This document shows, in pieces, positions 1 to 11,560 of a stretch of DNA of 64,000 nt. The translations under genes were made by a program, and so were the position numbers. The DNA is from Azolla caroliniana (taxonomy: Eukaryota > Plantae > Polypodiophyta), in the NCBI GenBank assembly GCA_043228905.1, contig JBHGNT010000016.1:3534001-3598000 (forward strand), in the 5' to 3' direction. The stretch's first letter is position 1. Each line of letters starts with the position of its first letter. Under the pieces are notes generated by a model. It saw only the letters and a program-made list of their open reading frames with translations. It had not been told where the DNA came from and did no database searches.

Positions 1-1747
1 CCCGTATCTTCCACCCGTGCTTGGTGTTGATCGGTCATTTCCCCTTCTTGTAGAAGTCCATGGACATCAAATTGATTTCTGAACCGTGGTCCACCAACGC
101 CACCACTGGTTCATGAACTTCTCCGATCTTCACGGGGGTCTCCGTAGTCGCTCTGGCCTAGTGCGGCCTCAAATAGTGGCTCTCCGCCAACTCGTCTTCC
201 AGTGCCATGTCCTCTATGTGCGTCGTTCGCACCTCCACTGGCTTCTCCGGTTCTTCCTCCGTTGACAACCTCTTCCTCTTCACCAAGTCTACGATGGAGT
301 CGTGGAACTCCTTCTTGGCGATCCCGAGCACTTCCCTCAGCGACAGTTCCACCTTGCTGTCGAGGATTCGTTCTTCTAGGACCTTTCCCAGGTCCGTGGT
401 TCTTTCGATTTCTGTGCCCAGCCGGTACCCGCCCCTCTTGGGAATATCCTAGGCGCCGATCACACCGGCCTCATTCCGCCTTTGCCCGAACCAAGTTTCA
501 TATCGTTGCGAGGGCCCGGCTCCTCCGGTTTTCCCTACCCGCTTGTCCTCCACCAGAGCCTCGTAGTTTTCCGCGCGGTCCACCTCTTCTTTCCGTAGTC
601 GCGCGCCGGCGAGGCCTTCTAGCATTGTCGGCCAGAACCCGGCTTTGTTCGTCTTCGGGGCCTCGCCACCTCCGACCCGAATACCAACTGACGTCGAGTA
701 GTGGACGGTCTCCGCGTGACGAGCCGCCGCCTCCTCCATCAGCCTTTTCATACCTCCCCGCCCGACATTCAGGCCCAGGGCCCTTCGGGTCTCGCTGGCG
801 TGCACCCGACCGTTCCACAGGTACACCACGTTGCTTCTCATCGCCTCGGCGAAGTCCCCGCAGTCTTTCTGGATGTGGCCAACCGCGTCACACCACATGC
901 ACCTGTTTCCAGCCAGAGGTCGTCGGTCACGGCCCTGTTCGCCACCGTCCCTCCGTGCCTGGGCGATCTGGAGATCCTTTACCATCCGCGTCAGTTCCTC
1001 CAGAGTTGCTCCCCCGGACGAGCCCTTGACCATGCCGGTCGAATCCGATCCGGTCTCGAGCCAATCTCGGGTCTCTTCCCCTCGCGTTGGTGGTGTTGGC
1101 TCGTGCTTCCTTGCTGCGACAGGGCCCGCCCTCGTCGATCCTTTGTCCACCCTTTCCCGCCGTTTGTCGAAACGGCCACAAACCCTCTTCACCACGGCCC
1201 AGTCGGCCGTCAGCCCGTCATCAGTCTCCAATAGGAGGCCTACTTGCTCCCGATCTCGCTTGTCAACTGACTTAACAAACAATAGGACACAACTTGTGTC
1301 CAGAATGGTCCGGTCAAGCACCGAGAGGCGCGCGAAGCGTTCCTCAAACTCCCGAAGGAGCACCGACGCGTTCCTTCCTTTGTTGGGGGTCTCCACCCAC
1401 TCCATGAAGTCCTGCTTCGAAAGTCGAAGCGCATCTTCAAGCCCGTATTTTTCGAGGAGCCGACCTTCGAACTCCTCCCAGGTCCGGCTCTCGGCCCGTA
1501 CCTCGAGCACCTCCGAATGGATGCCCAGCATCGCCACTCGAGGGAATCCGGCTAGACGCCTCTCTTCCGGAATGTCCCTCATTACCATCTCAGCCCGGTA
1601 GGACGCCAAGTAGCTCGTGGCATCCTTCCCACTAAACCGGCCGATCGTATTGACAACTGCCTCGATAGCCCTATCAAGGGCGCCGGTGCCTTCGCGCGCA
1701 CTCACTATACGGTCCACAGCCGAAGCCATGGCTTCTATGAGGTTCAC
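1..1747 (-). pseudogene. gag-aspartic protease reading frame of element A with in-frame stops
   Basis: ORF 449..1747 carries a CCHC knuckle (CMWCDAVGHIQKDC). The same frame continues through 158..352 and then reads ARATTETPVKIGEVHEPVVALVDHGSEINLMS (retropepsin-like motif). Stops occur at 449-451, 158-160 and ~35-37. Confidence 0.85.
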
Positions 1748-1760
1748 CTATGCCGCCTAT

Positions 1761-1777
1761 TCACGTCGGGTTCACCA
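1761..1777 (-). promoter_or_regulatory. Primer-binding site complementary to the tRNA-Trp 3' end (element A)
   Basis: The + strand reads TCACGTCGGGTTCACCA, matching the plant tRNA-Trp(CCA) 3' end, 4 nt from the LTR. The same motif is at 2786-2802 and 10373-10389. Confidence 0.85.
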
Positions 1778-1781
1778 AATA

Positions 1782-1852
1782 TGTCGCGTTGTTACGCGCG
1801 TGCGTGGAGAACAAGGCGGGACCACTGGGGTCTTGGACCAAGGAATAGGTAA

Positions 1853-1890
<38 letters not shown>

Positions 1891-2707
1891 GCTCACTCAC
1901 GTATAGACAAAGAAGCGCACGGGGACGCGGCACAACAACACAGGATACACGAGTTGAGAACACTAGAGTATGTATGTAAAAATAGGCATGTATTTGTAAG
2001 TATGCAGACGACTCGAACGGTTACAGCCGATCAGGTTGGCGAGGTGGATGCCGACGCCTGAACACCCACGCACACAGGAGAGCAAGATGGAGATTCTGCC
2101 GGAAGCACACGGGCGTTCCACGGAGCAGAATCAACCTCCTGAGAACCTGCGCAAAAGAAACTATGGAGGATGACAGAGAAGAAGAGCTCGGTCCCAGTCC
2201 GACAACACTTCGTTCCCTCTAGCGCGCGACGGGCGTTCCACGGAGCAGAATCAACCTCCTGAGAACCTGCGCAAAAGAAACTATGGAGGACGACAGAGAA
2301 GAAGAGCTCGGTCCCAGTCTGACAACACTTCGTTCCCTCTAGCGCGCGACGGGCGTTCCACGGAGCAGAATCAACCTCCTGAGAACCTGCGCAAAAGAAA
2401 CTATGGAGGACGACAGAGAAGAAGAGCTCGGTCCCAGTCCGACAGCACTTCGTTCCCTCTAGTGCGCGATCCCCTTCTCTCCCCGTCTCCCTCTCTTTTA
2501 TAGCTCAAGGAGGGAGGCCGTCTTACCCGTTTACATCACATTAATTCTTTGTCCTTTCGGACAGAGATACTCCTCGATTCTCCCTATAGAATATTGCTAC
2601 CTAGGTGCCTACCTATCTATTGTACAACAAGGGGCGTGCGCACGTGTAAGGGCCGGTTCACACACGCTATACACGGTTTGCGCCTGGGGACGGTTTTCTT
2701 CACGACA
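1782..2707 (-). repeat. 5' LTR of element A
   Basis: TG...CA termini. It shares the GGACCAC(T/G)GGGGTCTTGGAC core with the LTRs at 2807, 6098, 10394 and (inverted) ~21950, and contains an (AG)n tract at ~1856-1889. Confidence 0.85.
2109..2468. repeat. 120-bp tandem repeat, 3 near-identical copies, inside LTR A
   Basis: The unit ACGGGCGTTCCACGGAGCAGAATCAACCTCC...CCCTCTAGCGCGCG starts at 2109, 2229 and 2349, with only a few transitions between copies. Confidence 0.95.
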
Positions 2708-3323
2708 CCGGCTTCCATCACGATCTTTGCCATCATCTCCTCGAAGTCGAAGTCTTCTTCCATCTCCATGCTCCCTTGCCGCCCTTCACGTCGGGTTCAC
2801 CAAAGATGTCGCGTTATTACGCGCGTGCATGTAGAAGGGGCGAGACCACGGGGGTCTTGGACTAGGGAGTGGAGGAGAAAGAATAAGACAGAAAATGGAA
2901 GCTTAGCTCAAGAGGAGATGAGAAAGAATAAGCTAATAACATAGAATAGACGGGCAAGATGCTCAACAAGTTAGCTTAAGGAAACACAAACGCTTTACAA
3001 TGGTGGCCGCCATGGCCACACCAAATGACTATCAGAAAACCTTAAAGGAAAACCCAAGAAGAAAACCCTAACTGAAACCCTAAAACCGAATAGGAAACCC
3101 TCGACCTAAGTGGTATGCCTCTCTCCCTCGAAATAGGCAACCCTTCATAAGTGACCCCTCCCTTCCTTTTATAGCCCAAGGAGGGAGGGACCTTACAATG
3201 TGGGATAGAATTTCCCCTCTTATTTCTATACACCATTTCCTAGTATACATGTGCACATGGTGCACACCACCGATTTGCCTATTCCACCCCGGTTTCCGCC
3301 TATGGACGAAAAACTTCACGACA
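2708..3323 (-). mobile_element. Ty3/gypsy-type element B, 5' end (LTR 2807-3323, PBS 2786-2802, gag start), interrupted by element A
   Basis: LTR TGTCGCG...CACGACA with a tRNA-Trp PBS. The minus-strand ATG at 2769 reads MEMEEDFDFEEMMAKIVMEA, similar to the gag start of element C, and is cut off by LTR A at 2707. Confidence 0.85.
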
Positions 3324-3508
3324 GCGGTACTTCTGTCGGTCCCACGAGGACTTGTATAAATAGTGCTACTAAGCACAGTTGTAAGTGAGAGAGTGTTTTT
3401 ATTGTTTTGAATATAGCTTTTACGTTCTGCTCTCTCTGTCTCTCCCGTGTACTCTGTGTATTCTCTGCTTCCTCTGTTTTGTAACGCTTTCGCAAGTAAT
3501 CGTTTTCA

Positions 3509-3520
3509 TGGTATCAGAGC
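3509..3520 (+). promoter_or_regulatory. Primer-binding site, tRNA-iMet
   Basis: TGGTATCAGAGC directly after the LTR end ...CGTTTTCA. Confidence 0.9.
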
Positions 3521-3601
3521 GCGAGGGTTGAGAACCTCTGCAGCCGACAAACGCTTGAAAGCAAACCCTAACAGGTCGTAAGAACAACAAACAGAGAAGT
3601 A

Positions 3602-6097
3602 ATGGATAGAGGAATGGCTAGCTTGCTCCCTGTGGAGAAACTCGACTGATCCAACAACGCATCTTGGTCGTACAAGATGCACCAATACCTGCTTAGGCAT
3701 GGCTACTGGAGTTTCGTCGAAGGAGCCAACGAAACAGCACCTGATGCAACACATAAGGATTTCCAAGTGTGGGAATAATCAACAAGCAGAGTGATGTACT
3801 GCTTCGCATCCAGTGTCGGAGAATAGCTGCTGAGCCACATCCAAGATGCCAAGACGCCGAAGGAGGCTTGGGGAAACATGAAGAAGGTTTTCGCCGTGAG
3901 TACTACAACTCGGAAGCTGCAACTCTGACAAGAGTTGAGCAATGTCCAACATAAGGACATGTCGGTGGCAGATTACACGGCCCGGATCAAAGAGATATGT
4001 GACTCGCTTGCCTCTATCAACGTTACCGTAGAGGAAGATGAGATGGTACAAGTCTGTCTTGGGGGCCTAGCATCTAAGTTCAGAGCATTCTGAACGGCAG
4101 TATGTACAAGGGAGAATACGCCGTCATTTTTCGACTTACAGTCGAAGCTCCTTGTAGAGGAGAACCATGTCGGTGCGTCAACTAACGTACCCATTGACAG
4201 TCGGATGTTGTACACAAAAGCGGATCGGTCCCATGGGCGTGGTGGACGAGGCAGGTTGGCACGCAATGGAGGCGGCCGACAAGACCAGGAACAAAGGCAC
4301 AGAGAACGTACCGACAACAGTTCCGGACCCTCCGGGAGCAGGGGCAGTCATGGCGGCACCGGAAGACAACAAGAGAAGGTTGCAATGGAATGTTGGTACT
4401 GTGGCAAAAAGGGCCACAGAGAAAGCGAGTGCTGGAGAAAACGCACCGATTCGGACAAATCCGGATCCGGCAAGGCCGGCAAGGATGGCCGACAAAGCTC
4501 GCACTACGCGAAGAGATCGGGAGTATCCAATAACAGTAACGGGCTAGCCTTGGTGCTGAAGCACGAGGCAAACTCGATGAAGAAGACCACTTCCAAATCG
4601 GAGGAAGTGTGGTATGTTGATTCCGGTGCGTCGAACCACATGACGAGCCACAAAGAGTGGTTCTCCTTTTTGGAAAAACCGGATCAACCAGGAGTAGTCG
4701 AAACCGGAGACGACACTCCTCACCCAATCGTGCACGTCGGAGAAGTCCCTTTGAGCCACGTCAGACAGAAGGGGAAGTTAATGAACGTATTACACGTTCC
4801 AACAATCACGAAGAACCTGGTGTCAATCGGATAGATCGTCGACCAAGGGATGCAGGTGTGGTTTATGCACCTCGGGTGCTTCATCGAGGAAGAGGGCCAG
4901 ATTATTGCGCAAGGGCGCAGAGACGGGAGGATGTTTATCCTCGACACCAATGACGTCGGCACCGCTCTGTTTGCAAATGGACAGAAGGTCGAATCGGACA
5001 TCGACTTATGGCACAAGCGGATAGGCCACGTCAATTACCGGAGGCTTCAAAACCTGCAAACGAAACAAGTGGTTTTCGGTTTGTCGAAGTTCAGCGGCCG
5101 GAAGGCCCAAGTATGTGAAGCCTGCCAACTCGGGAAGCAACACCGGCTTCCATTCCCCACCGAACGTAACTGGAGCTGTAACAAGCTCGAACTTATCCAT
5201 TCGGATGTGTGGGGACCGGCACAGAATGTTAGTCTTGGCGGGAGTCGATATTTCGTCTCCTTCATCGACGACTATATGCGGCACACATGGATCTACCTCA
5301 TTGAGCGGAAGAGTGAAGTCTTCGAGTGTTTCCAGAGTCTCCAAAGTATGGTGGAACGGGAATCAGAGAGGAAGATCAAATGCATGCGGTCGGATGACGG
5401 AAAAGAATACTTTTCTGGCCAATTCAACAGTTATCTTCAGCAAAAGGGAATTCGGTGAGAGTTCAGTTGTAGATACACACTGCAATAGAACGGTGTTGCC
5501 GAAAGGAAGAACCGGTCGCTTATTGATGCGGCGAGGGCAATGTTGGAGGGGAAGAGCATGCCCAAATTCTACTGGGCGGAGGCAGTCTGAACGACTCTCT
5601 ACATCCAGAACCGGATCGATGACAAGGTGTCAGCTCACGAGCTGTATTTCGGGCGCAAGCCGAATTTGAGACAGCTTAAGATCTTCGGTAGCATTGCATA
5701 TGTGCATGTACTGGATGAGAAGTGGAGGAAGCTGGATGCAAAATCGGAAAAATGCATCCTAATCGGCTATGCTCAAGAGCAAAAGGATTATAAGTGTTAT
5801 AACCCCCAGACAAAGCAGGTTCGAGTTAGTCGAGATGTCGAGTTCGATGAATCGGCATCGTGGTATTCCTTACCGGCTCTGACTTCCAAATCCGACCCCA
5901 TGCCGAAGGATGAGGCTAGTGAGCGTGTACCGACCCAGGTAGATGATGATGAGGCGTGGACTCAGGATGAGAGTCCGTAATCGTTTCGGTTGAGAGGGCC
6001 GAACGAGAGACTAAGTCAATCTGACCAGTTCGATGAGGAACCGGTGAGCAGTGGAGACTTTGTCGTACTCTCGCCGCGCAAGGAACCGAGGAGCCGG
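3602..6097 (+). pseudogene. Copia gag-protease-integrase polyprotein with nonsense mutations; resumes at 11172-11313
   Basis: One frame from ATG 3602 contains UBN2-type gag (YTARIKEICDSL), knuckle CWYCGKKGHRESEC, protease WYVDSGASNHMT, HHCC LWHKRIGH..CEAC, and integrase IHSDVWGP / RSDDGKEY / NGVAERKNR. About 10 in-frame stops. Confidence 0.93.
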
Positions 6098-6863
6098 TGT
6101 TGCGTTGTTACGTGCGCACGTGGAGAAAGGCGGGACCACGGGGGTCTTGGACTAGGGAGTGACGGAGCGTAGGAAGTCGTACTTCACCATTTTCGGGGCA
6201 TCCCATAAGCTCACCGGAAGCAACTGAAGGGAGAGAGAGAAAGAGAGGGAGCGCGCGCTTGACACCGACTCACGCACACACACGCACACACACGCACACA
6301 CACAGGCCGACCCGACTCACGCCCTTATGTACAGGAAACGCAGGAATGGGGAAGCACCCGACACCAATAGAGACGCGAATATACACAGACAGACGCAAAT
6401 GTATATATATAAAAGGAAGAATACATTCCCGGCTTCGAGCCGGACCAAGGTAGGTTACAACAGTCGTTTGCTGTCAATCCGCCGTCGGGGAGCTCTCGGG
6501 CTTGTCGCGCCGAGCGGGGTCTTGCACAGGAGGCCGCGCCGAAGCAAACCCTAAGTAAAACACGAAGGGGAAAAAGAAGAAGAAGAAGAAAAAAAAAAAC
6601 GAAATACTAAACCTAACGGTATACCCTCCTAACTCAAAATGGGCAACCCTTTCACAAAGGGTAATCCCTCCCTTTTATAGAACAAGGAGAGGGATGCGTT
6701 ACAATGTGGGATAAATCCCGACTTACATGGGATCGTCTGTCCCGACTTGACTACTCTTTGGCGCCATAAAGGCGCCCTCGTTATTCACACTAAATGTACA
6801 AGGGTGCTGCCGATGTAGCCAATGTTTCCCGGTTTCCGCCTTTGGCCGAAATTCTTCACGACA
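6098..6863 (-). repeat. 3' LTR of element C
   Basis: Direct repeat of 10394-11167 with scattered transitions and microsatellite length changes. Adjacent to the PPT. Confidence 0.93.
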
Positions 6864-7689
6864 TCCACCCCCACCAAACCGCATGTCCATCGATACGTGC
6901 CAAATACGGTGAAGGGTGAGAGATTTCGGCCGGTGAGAAACCGGTCTTCCGTAATCCGCATCCCGGCTCGCTGCCGGTTTGCTCCGTCGGCTTCGGTTCT
7001 TCCTTCGCGCTTACCTCCCCGTAGGCTCGTTCGACCCATCGATGGGTTCTCTGCCGCGATCTCCGTAGTACGCGTACTTCCGCTGGCCTTTGTTCGGCCG
7101 TATGAACGCCCCGCTCCCCATCGTATGCCCGATGTCCTCCGCTTGAGGAACGCCTGTAGTGGCCCGCTTGGCCTCCGTTGACCATTCATGTTGCTGCAAC
7201 AGGTCCTGAGTCTTCCGCTTGCCGTCGTCCCCTCACCCCCACCAGCTTGTCACCCCGGGCTTGCCGTGTCAGTCTTCGCTACTTCGACGGAGCTACCGAG
7301 ATCTACAAAGCGAGTGTGGAGGATCCTCCTCCGGCCTCTCTTGACATCCCCAGACTCCGACCCTGTGCAGTCCACGAGGCACTCGTCACCTCGTTCCGGC
7401 ACCTTCCTTGTGTCGTCTTCTGCTTCCTTCGTTCGGTACCGCCCGTGCCGAACACTGTCCCTTAGTCACGCTTTGATCCGGCCTACGATGGCCACTCGCG
7501 AGACTCTTATTCCGTCCCAGGTGCGCCTTTCCAGCCCGACACACCTCCTCGTGTTTGCTCCTACCGGCTCCTTCCGAAACCGTAACCGGCCGGTGAGGGT
7601 TTCGCACCTCGTCCGCCCGTCTTGTCGGCTCCCTATCCGCTACCTCGTGTCGTTGGGTCCCGTTCCCTGCCGCCTCCGTCCTTCTCCCT

Positions 7690-8940
7690 AGGTCTCACGT
7701 TGCCACGTGGGCCGAACTACCGGGGTCTCCGGATCGGTGTGAGGGTCCCATAGGACCGGACTCCGTTTCTATGCTTGCCGAAATTCGGGTGACTTTTGTC
7801 GGAGTCCTTCATGACTCTCCTCGTGTCTTCCGCGCAGTGGGGTCCCGTTTCCTGACGCCACCAACCTTCTCTCTCGGTCTCATGTTGCCACGTTGGCCGA
7901 ATTGTCGGAGTCTCTGGTTAAGTGTGGGGATTCCGTAGGACCAGACTTCCTTACGCCCACTCACCTTGCCGGAAGGTTTGAGATGGTCCGTAGCCACCTT
8001 GCCGGCCTCATACCTCGTTGTTGTTTGTTGCCTCCTGTCATCCGATCACGTTCTCCTGCCGCCACCGATCTCCCCTATAGGACTCACGCCGGCACTCGGG
8101 CCGACTGCCGGATCGGTGTGAGTGTCTTCGTGGGACCTCCCCTTCTAACTTTGGTTGCTCGCCTTGCCGTCGCCACCGTCCCTTCCTCTAGGTCTCACAC
8201 CTCCTCTTGTCGTTGGCTGCCAGAGTCTCTAGAATCGGTGTGTGCAAGGTCATAGCTGCTCCGCTCTGCCTTCGCCATTCTCCTCTGTTGGTCACGTTCA
8301 CCTGCCTCCACCGTCCTTTCCTATAGGACTCACGCCGGCTCTCGGGCCGACCGCCGGATCGGTGTGAGGATCTCCGTAGACTGCCCATCCGTAGCCCTTT
8401 TCCTTCGTCCCCTCGCCGCCACTGTTCGTCACTTTAGGTTTCTGTAGAACTGGTGTGAAGGATCCTCCTTGGGCTTTCCATATCTCTGACCCTTATCCCG
8501 GGCCTTCCTTCTCTGCATGCCGAGAGGACGGTTTACTCCGCACCCTCTCCCGTGGTACCGACGTACCGTCTCCTCGGCCTCTTCATAGGCCTGCTCTCTT
8601 CCTCCCTCCCGGAATGGTCATCCGGGAGTCCGCTCTGCCCGGTTCTCGTCCGGGTGTCCGTTTGTCCTTCTCCGGATTGCCGGGTCCCGTTCTCCTGTCG
8701 CCACCAACCTTCTCCCTAGGTCTCACGTTGCCACGTTGGCCGAACTGTCGGGGCCTCCGAACTGGTGTGGGGATCCTGTAGGACCGGTCTTCGTTCTCAT
8801 CTTCATCCCTTGTACTTCTCCCGAACTCGTTGCTTCTCTCCTCTTCGCGTTCTCGCCTCCATCCTCCATCTCTTTCGGTTTCACGTTGCCACGTCGGCCG
8901 AACTACCGAAGTCTCTGGATAGGACGTGGGGTAACCGATT
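7690..8940. repeat. Dispersed degenerate ~70-bp internal repeats in element C
   Basis: GGTCTCACGTTGCCACGTTGGCCGAAC...GGTGTG-like copies at ~7691, 7876, 8719 and 8877, with partial copies at ~8078, 8189, 8323 and 8435. Confidence 0.8.
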
Positions 8941-9570
8941 TTTTCTTTTGCAACATCTTTCGGCGACTCGTCCGGACCATCGCCCCTTTTAGTGGTGTCG
9001 GTGGATAGCATCCGCTCTGTGATCAATCAAGCCCCGCCTGAGCTTGATTCTCCAATGTCCGGAGTTTCGGCCACGATGCCGACCTTGCCAGACTCGTTCC
9101 GAACCTTTGATCACCTTCCCTCCAATTCCCGACCTTTGCCCGATCGGTCTTTCTCCCCATGTAAAAGAGGGTGGCTTGTCCCGCACCATCTTCCGTATCG
9201 GCACCTTCATGCCGAGTCCGGCCTCGGTCGAACAATCCACGACCGGATTACGCTCCATCCGAATCGGAATGCCGATCTTCTCGTGCCACTTCCGTCCTCG
9301 GCCTCCTCGCAAGCCGTTTCCCGTCCCTCTTCGCTGGCATCATGCCAGGACTCCTCGTCGGCGCCTCCCTTCTCTCCGGTCTCATGTCGGCACACGGGCA
9401 TGATCGCCGGAGTCTCCGGAATCCGCGTGGAGGGCTCTTCTCCGCTCCCGACCTTGTCCTCAGTCGGCAATTCTCCGCAAGTCGAGAGGGCGTTTTGTTC
9501 CGCACCCTCCCCCGTGGTACCGTCGTACCGATCTCCCGCCATCTCATGGGGCAAGACCGTCTCCTCGGTC

Positions 9571-10356
9571 TCAACTTGGGGCCTCGATCTTTCCTCTTCC
9601 TCGAGCATCGCCTCGAGAGTTGCGTACGCCTCCAAAATCCTGGCAAGGGTCAACAACGCCAACCCTTGCCAGCTCCCTTTGCCGTTCGGCCTCTTCCCAC
9701 TGTGATGGCACGTCGTCGCACGTCTTCCACTTAGCCTTCTCGGCTCGCTCATCGTCTAGCCGTTGGCACACCCTTTCGACCTTCGACCAGTCCTCCATAA
9801 GCCCATTCGCTCCGCCATCGTCTTCGAGCTCCGTCCCGATGGCCTCCCGTTCCGCTCGGTCAATCGACCTGACGAACAATAGGACCTTGTCCGTCCCCAC
9901 CAAACCTTGTTCCCGCTCCAAGAGTCGAGCAAGCCGTCGCTCGTACTCTCGGAACGCCTTTGTCGCGCCCCGGTAGGTCTTTGCCGATGCGACCCACTGG
10001 TCGAAGTCGTGTCGTCCCCAGCTCTTCCGCCGTCCTCCAGATGCCTGCAGGAGCGCCTCTTCAAAGGCCTCCCACGAACTAAGAGCTTGTCGGAGCTCCT
10101 TTACTTCCGCGTGCATACGGACGGCGACAGCCCGACAGAAGAATTCCAGCCTCAACGCTTCGTCCACGTCTTGCTCCTCCATTTCCGCGTTGTAGGCTTC
10201 CAAGTAAGATGGGACTTTGTCCCCATTGAAACGGCCGACTCTTTCGACCACTCGCTCAACCGCTTGTTGCGCTGCTTCTCGCCTCATCACCACTCGTGCC
10301 GACTCCAACACCACTTCGGCCACCATCGTCGCGAGGTCGTCGTTTGCCGACTCCAT
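9571..10356 (-). CDS. Gag-like protein of element C (261 aa, no zinc knuckle)
   Basis: Aligns by eye with the gag of element A: VGRFNGDKVPSYLEAY vs IGRFSGKDATSYLASY, VLLFVRSID vs VLLFVKSVD, and GLMEDWSKVERVC vs GLTADWAVVKRVC. Confidence 0.8.
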   Translation of the reverse strand: MESANDDLATMVAEVVLESARVVMRREAAQQAVERVVERVGRFNGDKVPSYLEAYNAEMEEQDVDEALRLEFFCRAVAVRMHAEVKELRQALSSWEAFEEALLQASGGRRKSWGRHDFDQWVASAKTYRGATKAFREYERRLARLLEREQGLVGTDKVLLFVRSIDRAEREAIGTELEDDGGANGLMEDWSKVERVCQRLDDERAEKAKWKTCDDVPSQWEEAERQRELARVGVVDPCQDFGGVRNSRGDARGRGKIEAPS

Positions 10357-10393
10357 CCTCCCTTGCCGCCTTTCACGTCGAGTTCACCAAAGA

Positions 10394-11167
10394 TGTCGCG
10401 TTGTTACGCGCGCGCGTGGAGAAAGGCGGGACCACGGGGGTCTTGGACTAGGGAGTGACGGAGCGTAGGAAGTCGTATTTCATCATTTCCGGGGCATCCC
10501 ATAAGCACACCGGAAGCAACCGAAGGGAGAGAGAGACAAAGAGAGGGAGCGCGCGCTTGACACCGACTCACGCACACACACACACAGAGGCCGACCTGAC
10601 TCACGCCCTTATGTACAGGAAACGCAGGAAAGGGGAAGCACCCGACACCAATAGAGACGCGAATATACACAGACAGACACAAATGTATATATATAAAAGG
10701 AAGAATACATTCCCGGCTTCGAGCCAGACCAAGGTAGGTCACAACAGTCGTCTGCTGTCAAGCCGCCGTCGGGGAGCTCTCGGGCTCATCGCGCCGAGCG
10801 GGGTCTTGCACAGGAGGCTGCGCCGAAGCAAACCCTAAGTAAAACACGAAGGGGAAGAAGAAGAAGAAGAAGAAGAAGAAAAAAAGTGAAATACTAAACC
10901 TAACGGTATACCCTCCTAACTCAAAATGGGCAACCTTTTCACAAAGGGCAATCCCTCCCTTTTATAGAACAAGGAGAGGGATGCGTTACAATGTGGGATA
11001 AATCCCGACTTACATGGGATCGTCTGTCCCGACTTGACTACTCTTTGGCGCCATAAAGGCGCCCTCGTTATTCACACTAAATGTACAAGGGTGAGCACAC
11101 ATGCTGCACCCCGCCGATGTAGCCAATGTTTCCCGGTTTCCGCCTCTGGCCGAAATTCTTCACGACA
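10394..11167 (-). repeat. 5' LTR of element C
   Basis: TGTCGCG...CACGACA termini, adjacent to the Trp PBS. Confidence 0.93.
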
Positions 11168-11397
11168 ACGGTTCACGCGCAAAGAGAAAGGGAAGAAAGA
11201 GATGCCGGAATTCGAAACTGGCAACGATGAGTCGGATCGGTGTGCATCCGACTCCGGCAAGGAGAAAGGCGGATCTTCGGCAACGAAGACTGAACCGGCC
11301 AAGAAATGCCTTAAATATAGCTTTTACGTTCTGCTCTCTCTGTCTCTCCCGTGTACTCTGTGTATTCTCTGCGCTTCCGCAAGTAATCGTTTTCACA

Positions 11398-11560
11398 TAT
11401 AAGCTACGCCATGAGTATCATTAAGTTGTACCGCCTTTTCAAAAGCCAATCTCCTAAATTTGTCATTATCCCATGTTTGGCATGCACCCAACAAAGCACA
11501 CCAGAACGGATAATCATAAGTTGGCATCTCTTTAGACAATGTTATCACCTCATCAAAGTC
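11398..11560 (-). pseudogene. PLS-class PPR gene fragment (E-motif region)
   Basis: DFDEVITLSKEMPTYDYPFWCALLGACQTWDNDKFRRLAFEKAVQLNDTHGVAYM matches the WxALLGAC...AY E1/E2 pattern. Confidence 0.75.

Larger units (their letters stand above)
1..2707 (-). mobile_element. Ty3/gypsy-type LTR retrotransposon A, 5' part (LTR, PBS, gag, protease); continues beyond the left window edge
   Basis: LTR 1782-2707 has inverted termini (+ strand TGTCGCG...CACGACA), the tRNA-Trp PBS is adjacent, and gag then protease follow on the minus strand. The gypsy assignment is inferred from gag/protease character and the TSD/PBS type, since RT is outside the window. Confidence 0.88.
6098..11167 (-). mobile_element. 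Two-LTR, gag-only (non-autonomous) Ty3/gypsy-type element C, ~5.07 kb
   Basis: Paired LTRs at 6098-6863 and 10394-11167, Trp PBS at 10373-10389, and a PPT (minus strand GGTGGGGGTGGA, 6864-6875). Flanks are CCGG and ACGG (4-bp TSD with one mismatch). No PR/RT/RH/INT motifs recognised. Confidence 0.9.
3324..11397 (+). mobile_element. Ty1/copia LTR retrotransposon, interrupted by gypsy elements B and C and deleted for RT-RNaseH
   Basis: 3' half of the 5' LTR at 3324-3508, iMet PBS, and gag-PR-INT domain order. A 3' LTR remnant at 11314-~11397 is nearly identical to 3410-3508. Confidence 0.92.

Noticed and set aside
2109-2468. Regular 120-bp repeats as a CRISPR-like array
   Set aside because: The units are contiguous and near-identical with no unique spacers or cas genes, and they lie inside an LTR of a eukaryote.
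10354-10365. Shine-Dalgarno-like GGGAGG before the gag ATG
   Set aside because: The context is a eukaryotic retroelement with no spacer before the ATG, and elements A and B do not conserve it.
202-10838. Numerous overlapping Arg/Pro/Ser-rich ORFs on both strands
   Set aside because: They are shadow frames of GC-rich retroelement sequence. Only the gag/pol frames carry recognisable motifs.
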